Assembly: GCA_965178125.1 (NCBI GenBank)
Contig: OZ237749.1
Coordinates: 620,001 to 684,000 of the forward strand
Length of the DNA: 64,000 bases
Source: Bilabrum cf. latius
Lineage: Eukaryota
Reading direction: 5' to 3'
Shown: in pieces, positions 25,399 through 38,050 of the stretch
Layout of the letters: every line of letters starts with the position of its first letter
Numbering within the stretch: the stretch's first letter is position 1
Notes under the pieces: model-generated
What the model saw: the letters and a program-made list of their open reading frames with translations, nothing else
Database searches by the model: none
What the model was told of the DNA's origin: nothing
Translations under genes and position numbers: made by a program

Positions 25399-25693
25399 AA
25401 TGAGGCATGCGCAGAGCATCGGGCTCAGCGTGGCTGGCATTGGTCAAAACACCGACTTTCAGGACAGTGCTTCGCTTACTATAATGCGAATTCTACCCAT
25501 TTCATTGCACCGTTGCTGCATGTATACCGTGTTGCCGCTTGAGCAGAACTGATGAAGAATGAGCCCAAGCAACTCGGATCCGCCGCGCCATCGGCGATTT
25601 ATGACACACAGCACCCGATGCACGGAGGTAGCCATCGGTCACCAATCAAAGGTTCGTACTTCTTAGAAGCTGCAGCCACCTGGTCTGCGAGAA

Positions 25694-28581
25694 ATGCATC
25701 GCGCAAAGCTCGCAATCGAGAGGTGCTTCGTACTGCAACTCGCTCTACCCTGTCTTAAAATTCCCGGTTTCGCAGGAAGGACTTTACCGATTCGAAGATG
25801 GTTGCTTAAACAACTTGAACTGCAGGAGGGCCTCGATGCTGGCACGGTTGATTCGCGAGAGAGCGTGAGTGGCTGCATGCAACATGCCTGCCCGCGATGT
25901 TCTGTGTATCATAGCTGTATGCGCCGCTCTCGACGTACTATTTGGTCATATCGCAGGAATTCAAGCCAAACGCTAATTTTGGGGGATTCCCAAGCGAGTC
26001 GAAGGGGGTTTTGCGAAGCATCGTAGGTGCAGACCGCCCTCCAGCATACTTGTCTACTTAGGCTAGGACACATAGTTCCAGAGGTACAATACCAGGTTTA
26101 GCATCGAAATCAGTTAGATTTCCAGAGAGCTCATTGCCTACTGAATTCCGGCGCATGCTTCCGGACCGCTTGCCAATATCTGAAGTCTCTTCCAACGGTT
26201 CGGGATAGCGGGAGCCCCGCGGATAGTTAAGATAGCTGCGCTTGGATGATGTGGCACAGCGCATGCCGAGGCTAGTGCTTGCTGGCAGAGCATCGCCTAT
26301 GCGGCACCAGCGCACGGGTCGAAGTCAAACACGCCCTCAGGCTGTGAGCAGAGAGTGTCCGTTATCCTCAGGCTAGCCGATTTCAAGTCCGCTGCGTCGA
26401 GTGTCCCAGCCTGCTGAGCCAGGAAGCCGAGAAAGCGACACACGTTTGGCAGGATGGCACGGCTCCACGCACAGGCCGTCGCCTTCGCTCGCCGGCCCTC
26501 GTCCGAGCAGCCAGGGAGCACACCGAGCTAGGTCACTTCAGGCTACACCCCAAAGAGGCAAGCACACTAGGAGGATCAGGCTCGCCAACGATGCTGGTCG
26601 ATTGCAGACATCTGCGGCCTTGGTCGAGTCTTGCATCCCGCCCAACATTTCTATCCCTGGGTCACCGGGGTTACCATCAAAACGCACAGGTGGGGAGCAG
26701 TGGCCTGGGACACCCGAGCTAGAATCTGGCGGTCTCGTGGCCTTGACCCCATACTCTCCCCAGCCAACGAATCATGACTTGGCGCAAAGGTCGGACTGCT
26801 TGGGCGGTCTGGAGGGTCAGAGCATAGCATCGATCGACCCGGGTAGGTCGGGTGGTGGCACGGTTGAGGTCCAGCATAGGTCAGTTCGAGACGGTCTTGG
26901 CCGTGGGTCTTTCAGCACGCATCACAGCTTGCAAGGCAGCAAATACAATGATCCCCTGTCTGGCAGCGCAGTGTCTCCAGTCAGGGTACCGGTGGGAGCT
27001 GCTGCCATCGCTGGCAGCAGCTCGCTCACCGCACTGAGAGCTGGGGCTGCACGCGATCCAACAGGACCAACTGGAGCTGGGGCTGCACGCGATCCAACAG
27101 GACCAACTGGAGCTGGGGCTGCACGCGATCTAACAGGACCAACTGGAGACAAGGCCAGATAGTACCAGGGTGCAGACTCTGTAGGTCGATCTGCCACTGC
27201 AAGTCGAAAGCCTAATCGACCCTATGCTCGGAGTCACCGAACCCAGAGAGCGATACAGTTCATGCCTTGCACGGCGGCTCGAAGTGCCCAGCAAGTCTAC
27301 GGTCCTAAGTGGGGTGCTGTCCGGAAGTTGCCCTCTCAGGTGGCAGTGCGGAGGTCAGATCAAGCCCTGGCAAGAGGAAATGGTAGTAGCGGTGGTGGTG
27401 GCGTGCTTGACACTTGGCGCGGCAGGTCGCGAGCATCGCAGTCAGGTGTGGAAGTGCAGCAGCCTGAGATACGCACCCGGCAGGCAACCTTCACTAGCGG
27501 CCATCATGGATCCAGGCACGCTCAGGAACAGGCACATGGGTCCTACTAGTGGTCATAGACGCGCCAGTCAAGCTCATCCCCGCACTCCTAGTCGGGGTCA
27601 CTGGCCGCCGCGGAGGGGCACGGCTCTTCTCAACTGCAGGTAAACGGCAACGGAAAGTATACCAGCAGACCTGCACCTCACCAGCAGAGTAGCCTCGCTT
27701 CGCCCGCTTCGAATGGCGTGCATCCAGAGCCGGGTCTGGGTACTAGTCGCGCTATCCTTTCAACTGATTTCAATAGTGCGGATAGTCCCGTGCAACAAAC
27801 GGGCAGGCGATTCAGCATGCAGTCGTGGACGCCACTGACGCAGGACCCCAATAGAGGAAAAGGGGAGGCAGACCAGCAAGACACAATACGTATCGACAAT
27901 ACTACTAGTAGCAAGCACTGGCGTGGTCATGGTGACAGCCCTTAGCGACGTGGTGAGCGGAGTGCTGGACGCCAACGAAATGATACCCGACCAGCTGCCT
28001 CTTTGCCAGGTGACAGGCAGGACTCGCACGCAGCAAGTAGCGGAGGCAGCATGGAGGGGGCTGCGATCTTGGGCATGAGGGCTTCTCGAGGTGCGAGGGG
28101 GAGGGGGAGGCGATAGGGCGGCAGCGCTGCCACACGAACTGAAGACAGAGTCTAGTCAGCATCAGCATCAGCAGTGCCTAGGGTGCAGAGTGCAGCGCAT
28201 GGTCGGCGGATCAACCCGAAAATTCGACTGGAGCTGCATTTAGATCCTGACGAAGAACGGCGAAGTGACGACAAAGCCGCCCGACCACATACAGTGAGCG
28301 TGTTCCGTCAGAATACGCGGGGGCGTGGAGCTGCGTTGCCAGGAGGCTTGAAGCCAGTGCGGTTGGCGGGGCTCGAGTTGGATCCGTGGGGTGGGACGTG
28401 GAGGGAGCAAGAGATGACTGAGATCACCATGATGCGTCAGAGGGGTGACAGCAGGTCGCGCGTATCGAGCGCACTGGTGGGAGCGGCAGGGGAGGGAGCG
28501 CCGGTGGGAGCCTACGATCCTGCTGACACATCGTCACCAACCAGCTTCCACGTCAACTTAGCTGGGAAGTGGGTGGGCTGA
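25694..28581 (+). CDS. Hypothetical disordered protein (~930 aa); 5' structure uncertain
   Basis: ORFs 26401, 27262, 27718 and 28174 share one frame that is open from ~25957 to TGA 28579 apart from TAG codons. Probable intron 25865-25956. No domain recognised. Confidence 0.6.
27038..27145 (+). repeat. 36-bp coding tandem repeat x3 (AGAARDPTGPTG)
   Basis: Directly visible near-identical copies. Confidence 0.92.
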
Positions 28582-28695
28582 GATGCTTCGTGCTTAGGCT
28601 ATGTTCCCTAGTGTAGTCCGAGCGGCACCCTCATTGCTGACACGCGGTTACAACCGGCACACATTTTGAATGCTGAATTGCAACACACCCCTCTA

Positions 28696-31600
28696 ATGTC
28701 GAGTGGGTAGATTTCTCTCCTATCTAGAGCATACCGATCGATAGCAAATGCAGTTATAGCTGCAATTGCAGAGTAGCAGAGGGAATTGGTCCAGCAAGCC
28801 GTCTTGCAACCGCTCGAGTCTGAAGGCGATGGAGGAGACAACGATGGCGATCTCACGGAATTCCAGCAAGCGTCACGCTCCATACTGGCTCTTAACTTGC
28901 ATGGAAATGATGTTATCTCTCTCTCTCCGGAGCCTCCGTTGCTGTCTAGGCTGAGAACGCTCAACTTGTCGTCGAACGCGTTGCAAACGTTGGATTTCAG
29001 AATGCTTGCGTTTGCCCCCTCTCTAGTTGAGCTGGATGTTGCAGCGAACGAAATCAACTCAATTACACCGTTGGTTTCGTTTCCTTAGCTTGAGGTTTTG
29101 AAGCTTCCGTACAACTACGTCTCGACCCTGGCATTCCTCAAGGGAGCCCGCAGCTCGGCGTGCCTGCGCATGCTGGATATCAGGGACAACAAGCTTGATT
29201 CCGTGAACGAGATAGATCATTTGGGTGATGTTCCCCGCCTCAAGGTGCTGCGCCTGTCGGACACGGGGGCGTCTCGATCAGGCAACCCGATGTGCTCGCA
29301 GCCTGGATTCGTATCTGCACTATTGCGTGCGGCCCCGGGGCTCCAGCGGCTGGACGAAATGAGCGTGCCACAGGCCATAGGACTGTATCAAGCCAGAATT
29401 GACGCCATATAGCAAGCTCAGTGCGACGAGCAGACAGCTGCTGCGGGCCGCCCACCGGTGCTGCAAGCAGTGCAGCACGGCCAGCATGCATCACCGGTCA
29501 CCGGCCGGGGCAGCGCCAGCGCCCATACCCCTAGTGACGACCCGCCACTAGATGAAGACGATACAGCCAGAAAAACCGTCCATCTTGCAGATGATACGCG
29601 ACGTGAAGAGCTGGGAAACAGGCAGTAGGAGGACCGGCCCAGGCTGCAGCCCACACCTAGGCTAGATGCAGCTGCCCAGCTCTTCAAGCAGCGGCTTCAC
29701 CGAGCGAGGCGGGTTGGTTATGCATCTGGTGGTGGCATTGCAGACCCTAGGTTGGGGTGGGATGTTGCTGGGGCTGGATCGCAAGGAGATGATGATGATG
29801 ATGAGGAGGAGGACGATGAGCCGAAGCGTGGGGGACACCGACATCGCAGGGCTGGCACAGGTGTGGAGGCCCGACCACGGATGCAGTCGCCGCGCAGACA
29901 TAGATAGGATGGAGACAGTCACAATCAAGGCGTGATTCCGCCGCAGCTCCCCATAGGTGTGCGTGGCACGCAATACCGCTTGCAACGGCAGCTGGAGGCA
30001 CAGGCTCGGCAGCAGGTGCACCCGAGCCACATGGAAGGTCAGTTTTCACGCGGTGACCTCACCTTGGGGTCGGCAGAATACGGGGCAGAGCTTGACGATG
30101 CGTTTAGATCGGGGTCCGATAACCTCCTGCGTGCATCTGCAGAGGCCACCCTGCAGCACGAGCTACGGCTGGGCAACATCGAGGCACGGCTGGTGCTCGT
30201 CGAGTCCACAGGCAGGGGCAGGGGCATGAGCGGCGGCAGGCGCGATGGCAGGCGCGGCGGCACGGCTCGCGGCACCCATCTAGGCCCGCAGTTTATATCA
30301 AGTGGGCACACAGAGTCGAGGAAATGGCGCAGAAACAGCGATACTTCTCACGGCCTCAGGCGATCTGCAGGTATCGCGAGGACCAGCGCCGAGCGGCCCT
30401 CTTCTGGACGTGACTCGGACGACGGCGGCAGACCGCGAGTAGGACCCGGCGTTGTGCGGTTAGTGGGCGAGGGGTGGTCGTGGCACAGGCCGCCCAGCTC
30501 TGGAACGGAGGCGCATGCTCCTATTGAGATGCACGGCTCCGGCATAGAGCGTCCGCGGGGTCACGGCACTGCTTATGACACGAGTAGAGGCAGAGCGTCG
30601 CCGGCACGAAGCTCCATTCGTGTGAGGTAGCGGGGTCGGTGGAGGCGCTGGAGCTTCGATGCCGGCGTGGGGACGGCCGTCTGGACGCAGCACGAGTACG
30701 AGTCCATCGTGCCGGTCGATCCCCTTGTGCCAGCTGACAGGAAATCGGCGAGGTGTCGCGCGGACCATGCTTTGGCTAGGGGATCCTGGACTAGTTCGCA
30801 ATCGGATGGATCAGAAGCCAGCAGTGGTGCCCATCACGGAGGCGATCCTCACGGGCGCGGACTTGCGGCTCCCGACCTAGAGGTGAGAGGTCACGGCTTC
30901 GGCTAGGGCTATCGGGCAGGTGCCTAGAGTGCACATGGTAGCAGCAACAGCAGCGGCGTGCAGGGTCGCAGCCATGCTGCCGTATGTGAGATTGCCGCGC
31001 TGCGCCACCGACTCGCAGCACTCGAAGAGCAGCTGCAGGGACATGGGCAGCATGGTGGAGACCTGCAGGCTGCTGCGACAGCTGCCCTGCAGCGAGATGC
31101 CGGCAAGCCTGGCTCTCGCGACACGGAGGAGGGCTCCAGTGGGAGAGTCGGGCGACCCGGCCCCGACCAGGAGGACATGCATCAGAGCGAACGAATAGAA
31201 CGCCTGCGAATGGCACTTGAAGAAGCGCACGCGAAGACCTCTAAAGCAGAGGCAGATGCTTAGGCCAGTCGAGAAGAGGCAGCTGCAGCGGCTGCGGCCT
31301 CGTAGGATATGGAGTCCCGGCTGATCCGGTCCAATCTTGCAAAGGAGCGCGCCCTTGTTGAGGCGGAGGATGCGCGATCGCGCTGCTTGGAGCAAGCCGC
31401 GGCTCTGGTTGGGCTCAAGGCAGAGCGCGATTCGTTACAGCTGGAAGCGAGTGCTGCCAGCGAGTAGGCGGAAGCGCGCGCACGCACTGCGACGGGTGCG
31501 CAGGAGACGATCCGTGACTTGCAGCAAGAACTCGCCGCTGCAAAGCAAGCCGCCTCAGACTCTGCAGCTGACAGAGCCGGACTAGAGCAGCAGCGAAATG

Positions 31601-33207
31601 CCTTGCTGCAAACGCTGGAGCAGGAGCGGCAGGGCGCCAGCAAGTCCGCTAAGGAGGCTGCACAGCTCGTTAACCACCACGAAAGTGCGGCGCGAGCAGC
31701 CGAGCAGTAGGAAAGGGATGCTGCCGCCCGTGCAGATACACTGCAGCAGGCCGTTCAATCATCTAGACAGGAGGCCGACCAGCTCAGGGCCCGGTCAACC
31801 CAGCTCGAGGCAAGCCTGCAAGACATGCAGGAGCGGATGGAGGCGCAAGCCCGGGCCAAGGACGAACTCCTCCGCCGCGCGCAAGCAGCAGCCGAGTCCG
31901 AAATCCGCGGCGCCGCGCAGAGGGCTGGCGAGTCGATCGAGAGGCTGAGACAGGCGCACGGCGCCTCCGTGAAACGTGCGGCAGCGCTGCAGCAGGAGCT
32001 GGACGAGCTCCGGTCTCGTGCAGGGGAGACGGAACGCGAATTGGCGGCGGCGAGGTCGGCCAAGCGCGAGGCGGAGGACGCGCGGGCGGCTGCGGATAGG
32101 CAGCTGCAGGCCGCTCGGGAGGATGCAGCCCGGGCCTCTGCTCGGTGGGAAGAGGAGCTGCGGCAGGCCCAAGAGGACGCCAAGAAGAGGGAGGCCGCCC
32201 TCAGGGAACAATCCAGGGAACAGCTGCAGGCCGCGGAGGGGCTCGTGCGGGAGGCTCGAGAGGCGCACAGGCAGGTGGAAGGGGCTCTCAAGGAGGTCCG
32301 TGCAGAGCTAGAGGTGAAGAAAGCTGTAGCCAAGGACCAGATGCAGGAGATCGCGGGGCTCAAGGGGAGGCTCAGGGAACAAGGGGAGGCGGGCAGGGAC
32401 GAGGCGAGGGGACTGCGGGATGCGGTGGGCGAGCTGAAGGACCGGCTGGAGAGTGCCGAGTCCGAGATCGAATCCCAGAGGAAGCGCCGCCACGAGGCAG
32501 AGAGGAAGGCGAGGCAGGAGGGCCGGGCCAGGGAGGACGCCGAGGCCGTCGCGGAGGAGTTGGAGAGCATCGTGGGCGAGCTGCGGGAGGCCGCCCAGCC
32601 GGCTGCCGCGCTGCGGGCCCAGCTGGAGGAGAGAGACGGTGCTCTGCGATTCGTGGAGGGCGAGCTTGAGGGGCTGAGGCGTGTGTTTGCGGGCAAGGAG
32701 CAGGAGCTGAGGGAAGAGCTGGAGGGGTCGTCTGGACGCGCCAGGGCGCTGGAAGCGGAACTTCAGGAGGAACGGCGCCGCGCATCTGCGGCACGTGAGG
32801 GTCTGGAGGCGGAGATCGGGAGGCTTCGGTCGGAGGTCGTGGGCTTGCGCGGGCGCGAGTCTCGGGCAGAGCAGAAGGTAGCTGCAGTGGAGGCAGAGAT
32901 GGCGGTGCTGCTGCGGAGGTTGGACGAGGAGAGATCGAGGGGAAAGGCCAGGCAGAACCGCATGGCTGCGCTGCTGCGAGCTGCGATGGCGGATGAAGGG
33001 GTTGGTGGCGGGTTTGCTGATGCTGGTGAAGGGGCGGGCTTCCAGCCGGGGAGAGGGGGTAGTACCTCCGGTGGTGCCGGTGCCGGTGCTGGTGCTGGTG
33101 CTGGCGCTGGCAGCGGTTCCGGGGGAGCTGGGTCCGTGGCCCTTGACGTGTCTGGCCTGTCCGGGGTCAGCCAGGCCAGTAGGCGAGGGCAGGCGTCTTG
33201 GAGTTGA
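28696..33207 (+). CDS. Leucine-rich repeat + coiled-coil protein (LRRCC1/VFL1-like centriolar protein), ~1503 aa, intronless
   Basis: N-terminal SDS22-type LRRs (LALNLHGNDV, LRTLNLSSNAL, LVELDVAANEI, LRMLDIRDNKL) with an LRR cap (NPMCSQPGF), followed by a long C-terminal coiled coil. About 13 TAG; ends TGA. Orthology is inferred from architecture. Confidence 0.72.
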
Positions 33208-33318
33208 GTGTTGTGCACGTGGCGTAAGAAACTGTTGTGCCAGCTTCATCTGTAGCAGGCTTCGCTCGTCACGATGCAAGCCAGCCGCCGTGGATATGCT
33301 CCAGCACTGCTACAGACG

Positions 33319-34847
33319 ATGGGAACTAAAGATGATAGCAATCCTGCCAAATAGCAGTCTCTATATGTTACAGTCGGCATCTGCTTGATGTACGCTACAG
33401 CTTCGATCGTGATAAGCTTCAGCTACAAGGTACGCAAATCAATACATTCGAACTGTGCAATCACTGCTGCTCTCCCCACATCGTTCTGAGCAAAGGATGT
33501 GCGTTTCTACTTATCTTGCAGGCAGTTATGAGCCAGTGGGGATTCAAAGCAAGCTTTTTGATGCTTGCACTGCAAGCACTGATCGGCTTGGCATTTACAT
33601 CGTTCGCCTAGGTATCCCTTCGCACTGTTCCGGGGCTGCATGTGCCATGGTTTAGTTGGAAGGTTTATAAATAGTGAGCCCAAGATTGCGCATACCCCAC
33701 CGTAGACTTTACTCTGGTATGCGATGGTCTTTCAAGCCACTACACATTCGCCGTCAATCGCAGGTCAATAATTGTTGGGGCTCTTTTCGTTGCAAATATT
33801 GCCGTAGGTTGGGTTGGGCTACGCCTAGTCAACATCCCTATGTTCCTGTGCATTCGGCGAACGACAACGCTGTTCACCATGATTGTGCAGTTCCTGGTGA
33901 TGCGATAGATGCCCAGTGTCCCCGTGGTGGTTGCGGTGGCAATCATCGTGATTGGCACGCTCACCGCCGGATACGAGGACATGGGGGACTAGTTTATTGG
34001 CTACCTATTCACGCTGGGCAATAATGTTCTCACAGCAGCTTACCTAGTCATCTCGAGGCGCTTCAGCGACGAGACGGACACGAAAGGCTTCGGCCTAGTG
34101 TACTACACGTCCATCACGGCCCTTCCCATCTCCCTTATCTTTGCTGCTATTCGCGGTGAGTTCTAGGCGGTGATGGAGTTTGAGCACGTGCTGAACCCCG
34201 CCTTCCTGGCTTCCCTCTTGGCAGCCAGCTCCCTAGGCGTGGGCATGACCTACGTCGTCTTCCTGTCTGCCACCGTGAACTCGCCCTTGCTGACGTCGGT
34301 CACAGGGAACATGAAAGACGTAGTGAGCACGGTGTTGGGGGCGTATATCTTCGGGGACTTTGTGCCCAGCACGCTCAAGGTGGCCGGCATCGCCATCTCA
34401 TTCGTAGGGGGAGGGGTGTTCGCCGTGGCGAAGCTGTCGGAGCGGGCCGCCGAGCAGGCCAAGGCCAAGGAAGCAGAGCTGGCCAAGGTGAAAGTGGGCA
34501 TGCCGGGAGCCATGCGGCCACCTGGGAAGGATGGCGATGCCGCGGGTCGGACCACGTCTGGAGCCACTGTGCCCAGGGTAGGGGCAGGGGGGCAGGGGAG
34601 CGACAGCGCTGTTGGGAGAGGTGAGCTGCCTGTAGGGCAACGGCGAGGCTCTGATGAGGGCCAGGGGTAGGGCCAGGGGTAGAAAGGGTATGATCCGGAG
34701 GCAGGGCACAGCCAGGGTGCAGGAGATTCAGGGTCCGAAGACGGCATCGTTGATCTGACCACGGATTCAATCCCGGGACGGCGCAACCTGGTGGGCAGTG
34801 GGACTGAGGTTGGAAGCGGGTCCATATCCTAGAGGCAGGGACGGTAA
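33319..34847 (+). CDS. SLC35D/TPT-family nucleotide-sugar transporter, 3 exons
   Basis: Introns 33430-33521 and 33674-33763. Motifs LRLVNIPMFLCIRRTTTLFTM, NNVLTAAYLV, NSPLLTSVTGNMKDVVST. About nine TAG, one of them split by an intron; ends TAA 34845-34847. Confidence 0.88.
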
Positions 34848-35086
34848 TCCTTGGATTCAGTGGAAATTCACACCTGGTGTCGCGGATGACAATCCATCAC
34901 AGTAGCGAGCGCTGCTCTGCACAGGGCTTCGGCTGGACCTGTAGGGCCCCATCTGTTCTCATCAGGTTGCTTCTGGCTCAATGCATTGCAATATTAGAGC
35001 ATTCAGACAAGATAGAATAATCTACATCTGCTTAAAGTACCTGAATTGGTTCCGTCACGGTGCCAGGCCAGGTTGGTGCCAGCATT

Positions 35087-35763
35087 CGCACGCTCAAGGC
35101 CGCGATCAATGGGGTGCCTCGAAACCGTGTGACGAACGTGGAGACTACCCACTACATCATCGGGTCGGCCATCGGGCCGCACCCCTTCCCCTCCATCGTG
35201 CTTGACCTGCAGTCGGTGATCGGGAGGGAGGCCAGGGCACAGATGCTCAAGCAGGCAGGGGTTCTTCCGGACGCGGTGGTGGCGTGCGTAGGGGGGCGGC
35301 AGCAACGCCATCGGGATGTTCGAGGGCTTCGTGGGGGACAAGGAGGTGCGCCTCGTGGGCGTGGAGGCGGGCGGGGATGGGGTGGACACGGGCAAGCACT
35401 CGAGCACGCTGTCGGCTGGGTCCCCCGGGGTGCTGCACGGCACGAGGACCTACCTGCTGCAGGGTGGCGACGGGCAGATCACGGAGACGCACAGCATCAG
35501 CGCGGGGCTGGACTACCCCGGCGTGGGCCCCGAGCACTCGCTCCTGAAGGACATCGGGCGGGCCGAGTACGTGTCTGTGACGGACAAGGAGGCCCTCGGC
35601 GCGCTGCAGGCCCTGTCCAAGTGCGAGGGCACCATCCCCGCGCTGGAGCCATCCCATGCCATCGCGCACGCCGTGCTGTTTGCCAAGGAGCTGGGCCCGG
35701 GGAGGAGGGTGCTGGTGAACATGTGCGGGTGCGAGGATAAGGACATGGAGCAGGTCGCGCTGG
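35087..35763 (+). pseudogene. trpB: Tryptophan synthase beta chain C-terminal fragment, 5'-truncated and frameshifted
   Basis: [33 protein letters not shown] (extra G in the run at 35291-35296), [33 protein letters not shown]. The N-terminal part carrying the PLP lysine is missing. Conserved motifs are damaged ([14 protein letters not shown] for TLKDAINEA.RDWV; CGCEDKD for SGRGDKD). Confidence 0.82.
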
Positions 35764-36126
35764 CGTGGGGCTCGTACTCAAACAATGGATCATTTGAAAT
35801 GTATCGCGAGGTAGTTGATATGGCTGTTGCAGTAGATTGTACCGTGTGTTCAAACGCATTCGCGGAGGGCTGCCGCCTAAATCATGGGTACGTCCCCACT
35901 CCGTCGGTCGTAGATTTCCCGATTACTCTTGTCGCTCCAGTATTGTAGTGTATGCCTCCTGCAGGGCTTCCTCTACCTCCTCAAATGCTTCCGAAATCCA
36001 CTGCTGCTGCAGAGCCTCCTCCGAGTTCCCCCCGCACACGCCAGACCTCCCAGCAACACCCACGACCAGTTTCTCCGCTGCCATGTTTTCGTCTTCCTCC
36101 TCTATCTCCTCATGCTCGGATAGCGG

Positions 36127-36460
36127 CAGCGCTGTTGGGAGAGGTGAGCTGCCCGGAAGGTGACGGCGAGGCTCTGACGAGGATCAGAACCACTGGCAGG
36201 GGTAGGGGTGTGATTCAGGGTCCGGAGATGGCATCGTTGATCTGACCACCGATTCAATCCCGGGACACGCGGGATACACAGCGATTTTCACGACGATTTC
36301 TATAAATGTAATCCATATTCTCAGAAAAAAAGCAAAATGACCAGAGGCTTGCAGTCTCCAACCTAGACATCCGGATGCTTCAGCGCAGCCTGAGATACTC
36401 CATCACAGCAGCGAGCGCTGCACTCGGCTTCGGCTGGATCCATTGGGCCCGATCTGTGGT
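36127..36460. repeat. Diverged direct duplication of ~34605-34955 (3' end of SLC35D gene plus 3' end of the convergent gene)
   Basis: Shared blocks CAGCGCTGTTGGGAGAGGTGAGCTGCC, GGCATCGTTGATCTGACCAC.GATTCAATCCCGGGA, TCCATCACAG.AGCGAGCGCTGC and GGCTTCGGCTGGA occur at both places. Confidence 0.85.
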
Positions 36461-37855
36461 GGTGGTTTGCGTTTCCAGATGGTGACTGGGCAACAACGCA
36501 GCGTCCTCCTGCTGCTGCTGCTGCTGCTGAGCTTCCCCGCCCCCGCACACGTTCGACCTCCCTGCAGCACCCGCCCCCAGATACCCGCCAGCCACACCAA
36601 GGCCCATCCACCGACTCGTCTCCAGCGACTGCAGACGGGCGCGCTCCGCCGCCCAATCTTCTTCCTCATGCTCGCCAGATGCTGCCGACACCTGCTGCTG
36701 CTGCTGCTGCTGAGCTTCCCCGCCCCCGCACACGTTCGACCTCCCTGCAGCACCCGCCCCCAGATACCCGCCAGCCACACCAAGGCCCATCCACCGACTC
36801 GTCTCCAGCGACTGCAGACGGGCGCGCTCCGCCGCCCAATCTTCTTCCTCATGCTCGCCAGATGCTGCCGACACCTGCTGCTGCTGCTGCTGCTGAGCTT
36901 CCCCGCCCCCGCACACGTTCGACCTCCCTGCAGCACCCGCCCCCAGATACCCGCCAGCCACACCAAGGCCCATCCACCGACTCGTCTCCAGCGACTGCAG
37001 ACGGGCGCGCTCCGCCGCCCAATCTTCTTCCTCATGCTCGCCAGATGCTGCCGACACCTGCTGCTGCTGCTGCTGAGCCTCCCCGCCCCCGCACACGTTC
37101 GACCTCCCTGCAGCACCCGCCCCCAGATACCCGCCAGCCACACCAAGGCCCATCCACCGACTCGTCTCCAGCGACTGCAGACGGGCGCGCTCCGCCGCCC
37201 CATCAAACCCCTTCTCCTCGATGCTACCGCTCTAGACACGAGGCGCTTCCAGGGGTTCTGCGGCAGCTTCGATGCGACATGATCCAGCATGCACTGATTG
37301 CACGAATACCTGACCCTGGCGTGCAGATGAATCTCTTTTAATGAAACTTTCAAGAGCAGCCGTTCTTGCTCGCTCCCGAGCAAGCAGTGCTTCGAGCTGC
37401 CGGATCTTGGCGTCACGCTCAAGCAGCCGCTGCTCTGCCGCCGCCTTTGCTCGGTTCGCATCCTCGATGCGAGTTGCACGGCGCAAACGACTGTTCGGTG
37501 TAGAAGAAGCATACGTGCCTGCTGTAATCCTAGGCATACGCGCGGCTAGCGATCGAAGATCTTCAGGCTGCAGCGGGTTCCAATGCTTCATCTCAACTTC
37601 CCACTAGTTCGGCAGCGCCTCGTACTGGCACTAGTTTTTGCACTCATGCCAAAGCATACAAGAGTGGCAGCCCATGCGCTTCTCAAGCCTTTTCAGAAGA
37701 AACAATTGCTGCTGAGAAACGCGTCCCGAGAACTTTTCCTCCTGTTTGAGCCCTACTGCAGCGACTCTGAAAACAGATCCAGCCTTTCCTTGGCTCTATT
37801 GCCATTCATCCAACTCATTTGCTAGTTCAAGCATCCAGCTCGCTGCAATCGACAT
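36380..37855 (-). CDS. Hypothetical protein with short coiled coil and 61-aa tandem repeats containing polyQ
   Basis: One frame from ATG 37855 (or 37897) to TGA 36380 with about four TAG. No family recognised. Confidence 0.55.
36508..37200 (-). repeat. 183-bp near-perfect tandem repeat, ~3.8 copies, each with a (CAG)n tract
   Basis: Unit starts at 36508, 36691, 36874 and 37057. Confidence 0.95.
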
Positions 37856-38050
37856 CCTGAAATCGTACCGGGCGAGCAGAAAGCAAAGAATGCTCATTCC
37901 TTCGTGCGCTCGTCACGGTTTGCAAATTGTAACGTGAAGAATTACTTGATCCGATCACGATTCCACAGGATGGACGAAACACAAGAAGTAGCTGGCTTGC
38001 AAAGACCTGCTCATCCTTCGTGGTTAAACTGGCAGTAGCAAGTTAAAAAT

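Noticed and set aside
31755-33279. Long antisense ORFs overlapping the coiled-coil gene (and similar ones elsewhere)
   Set aside because: Expected shadows of GC-rich coding sequence; no motifs.
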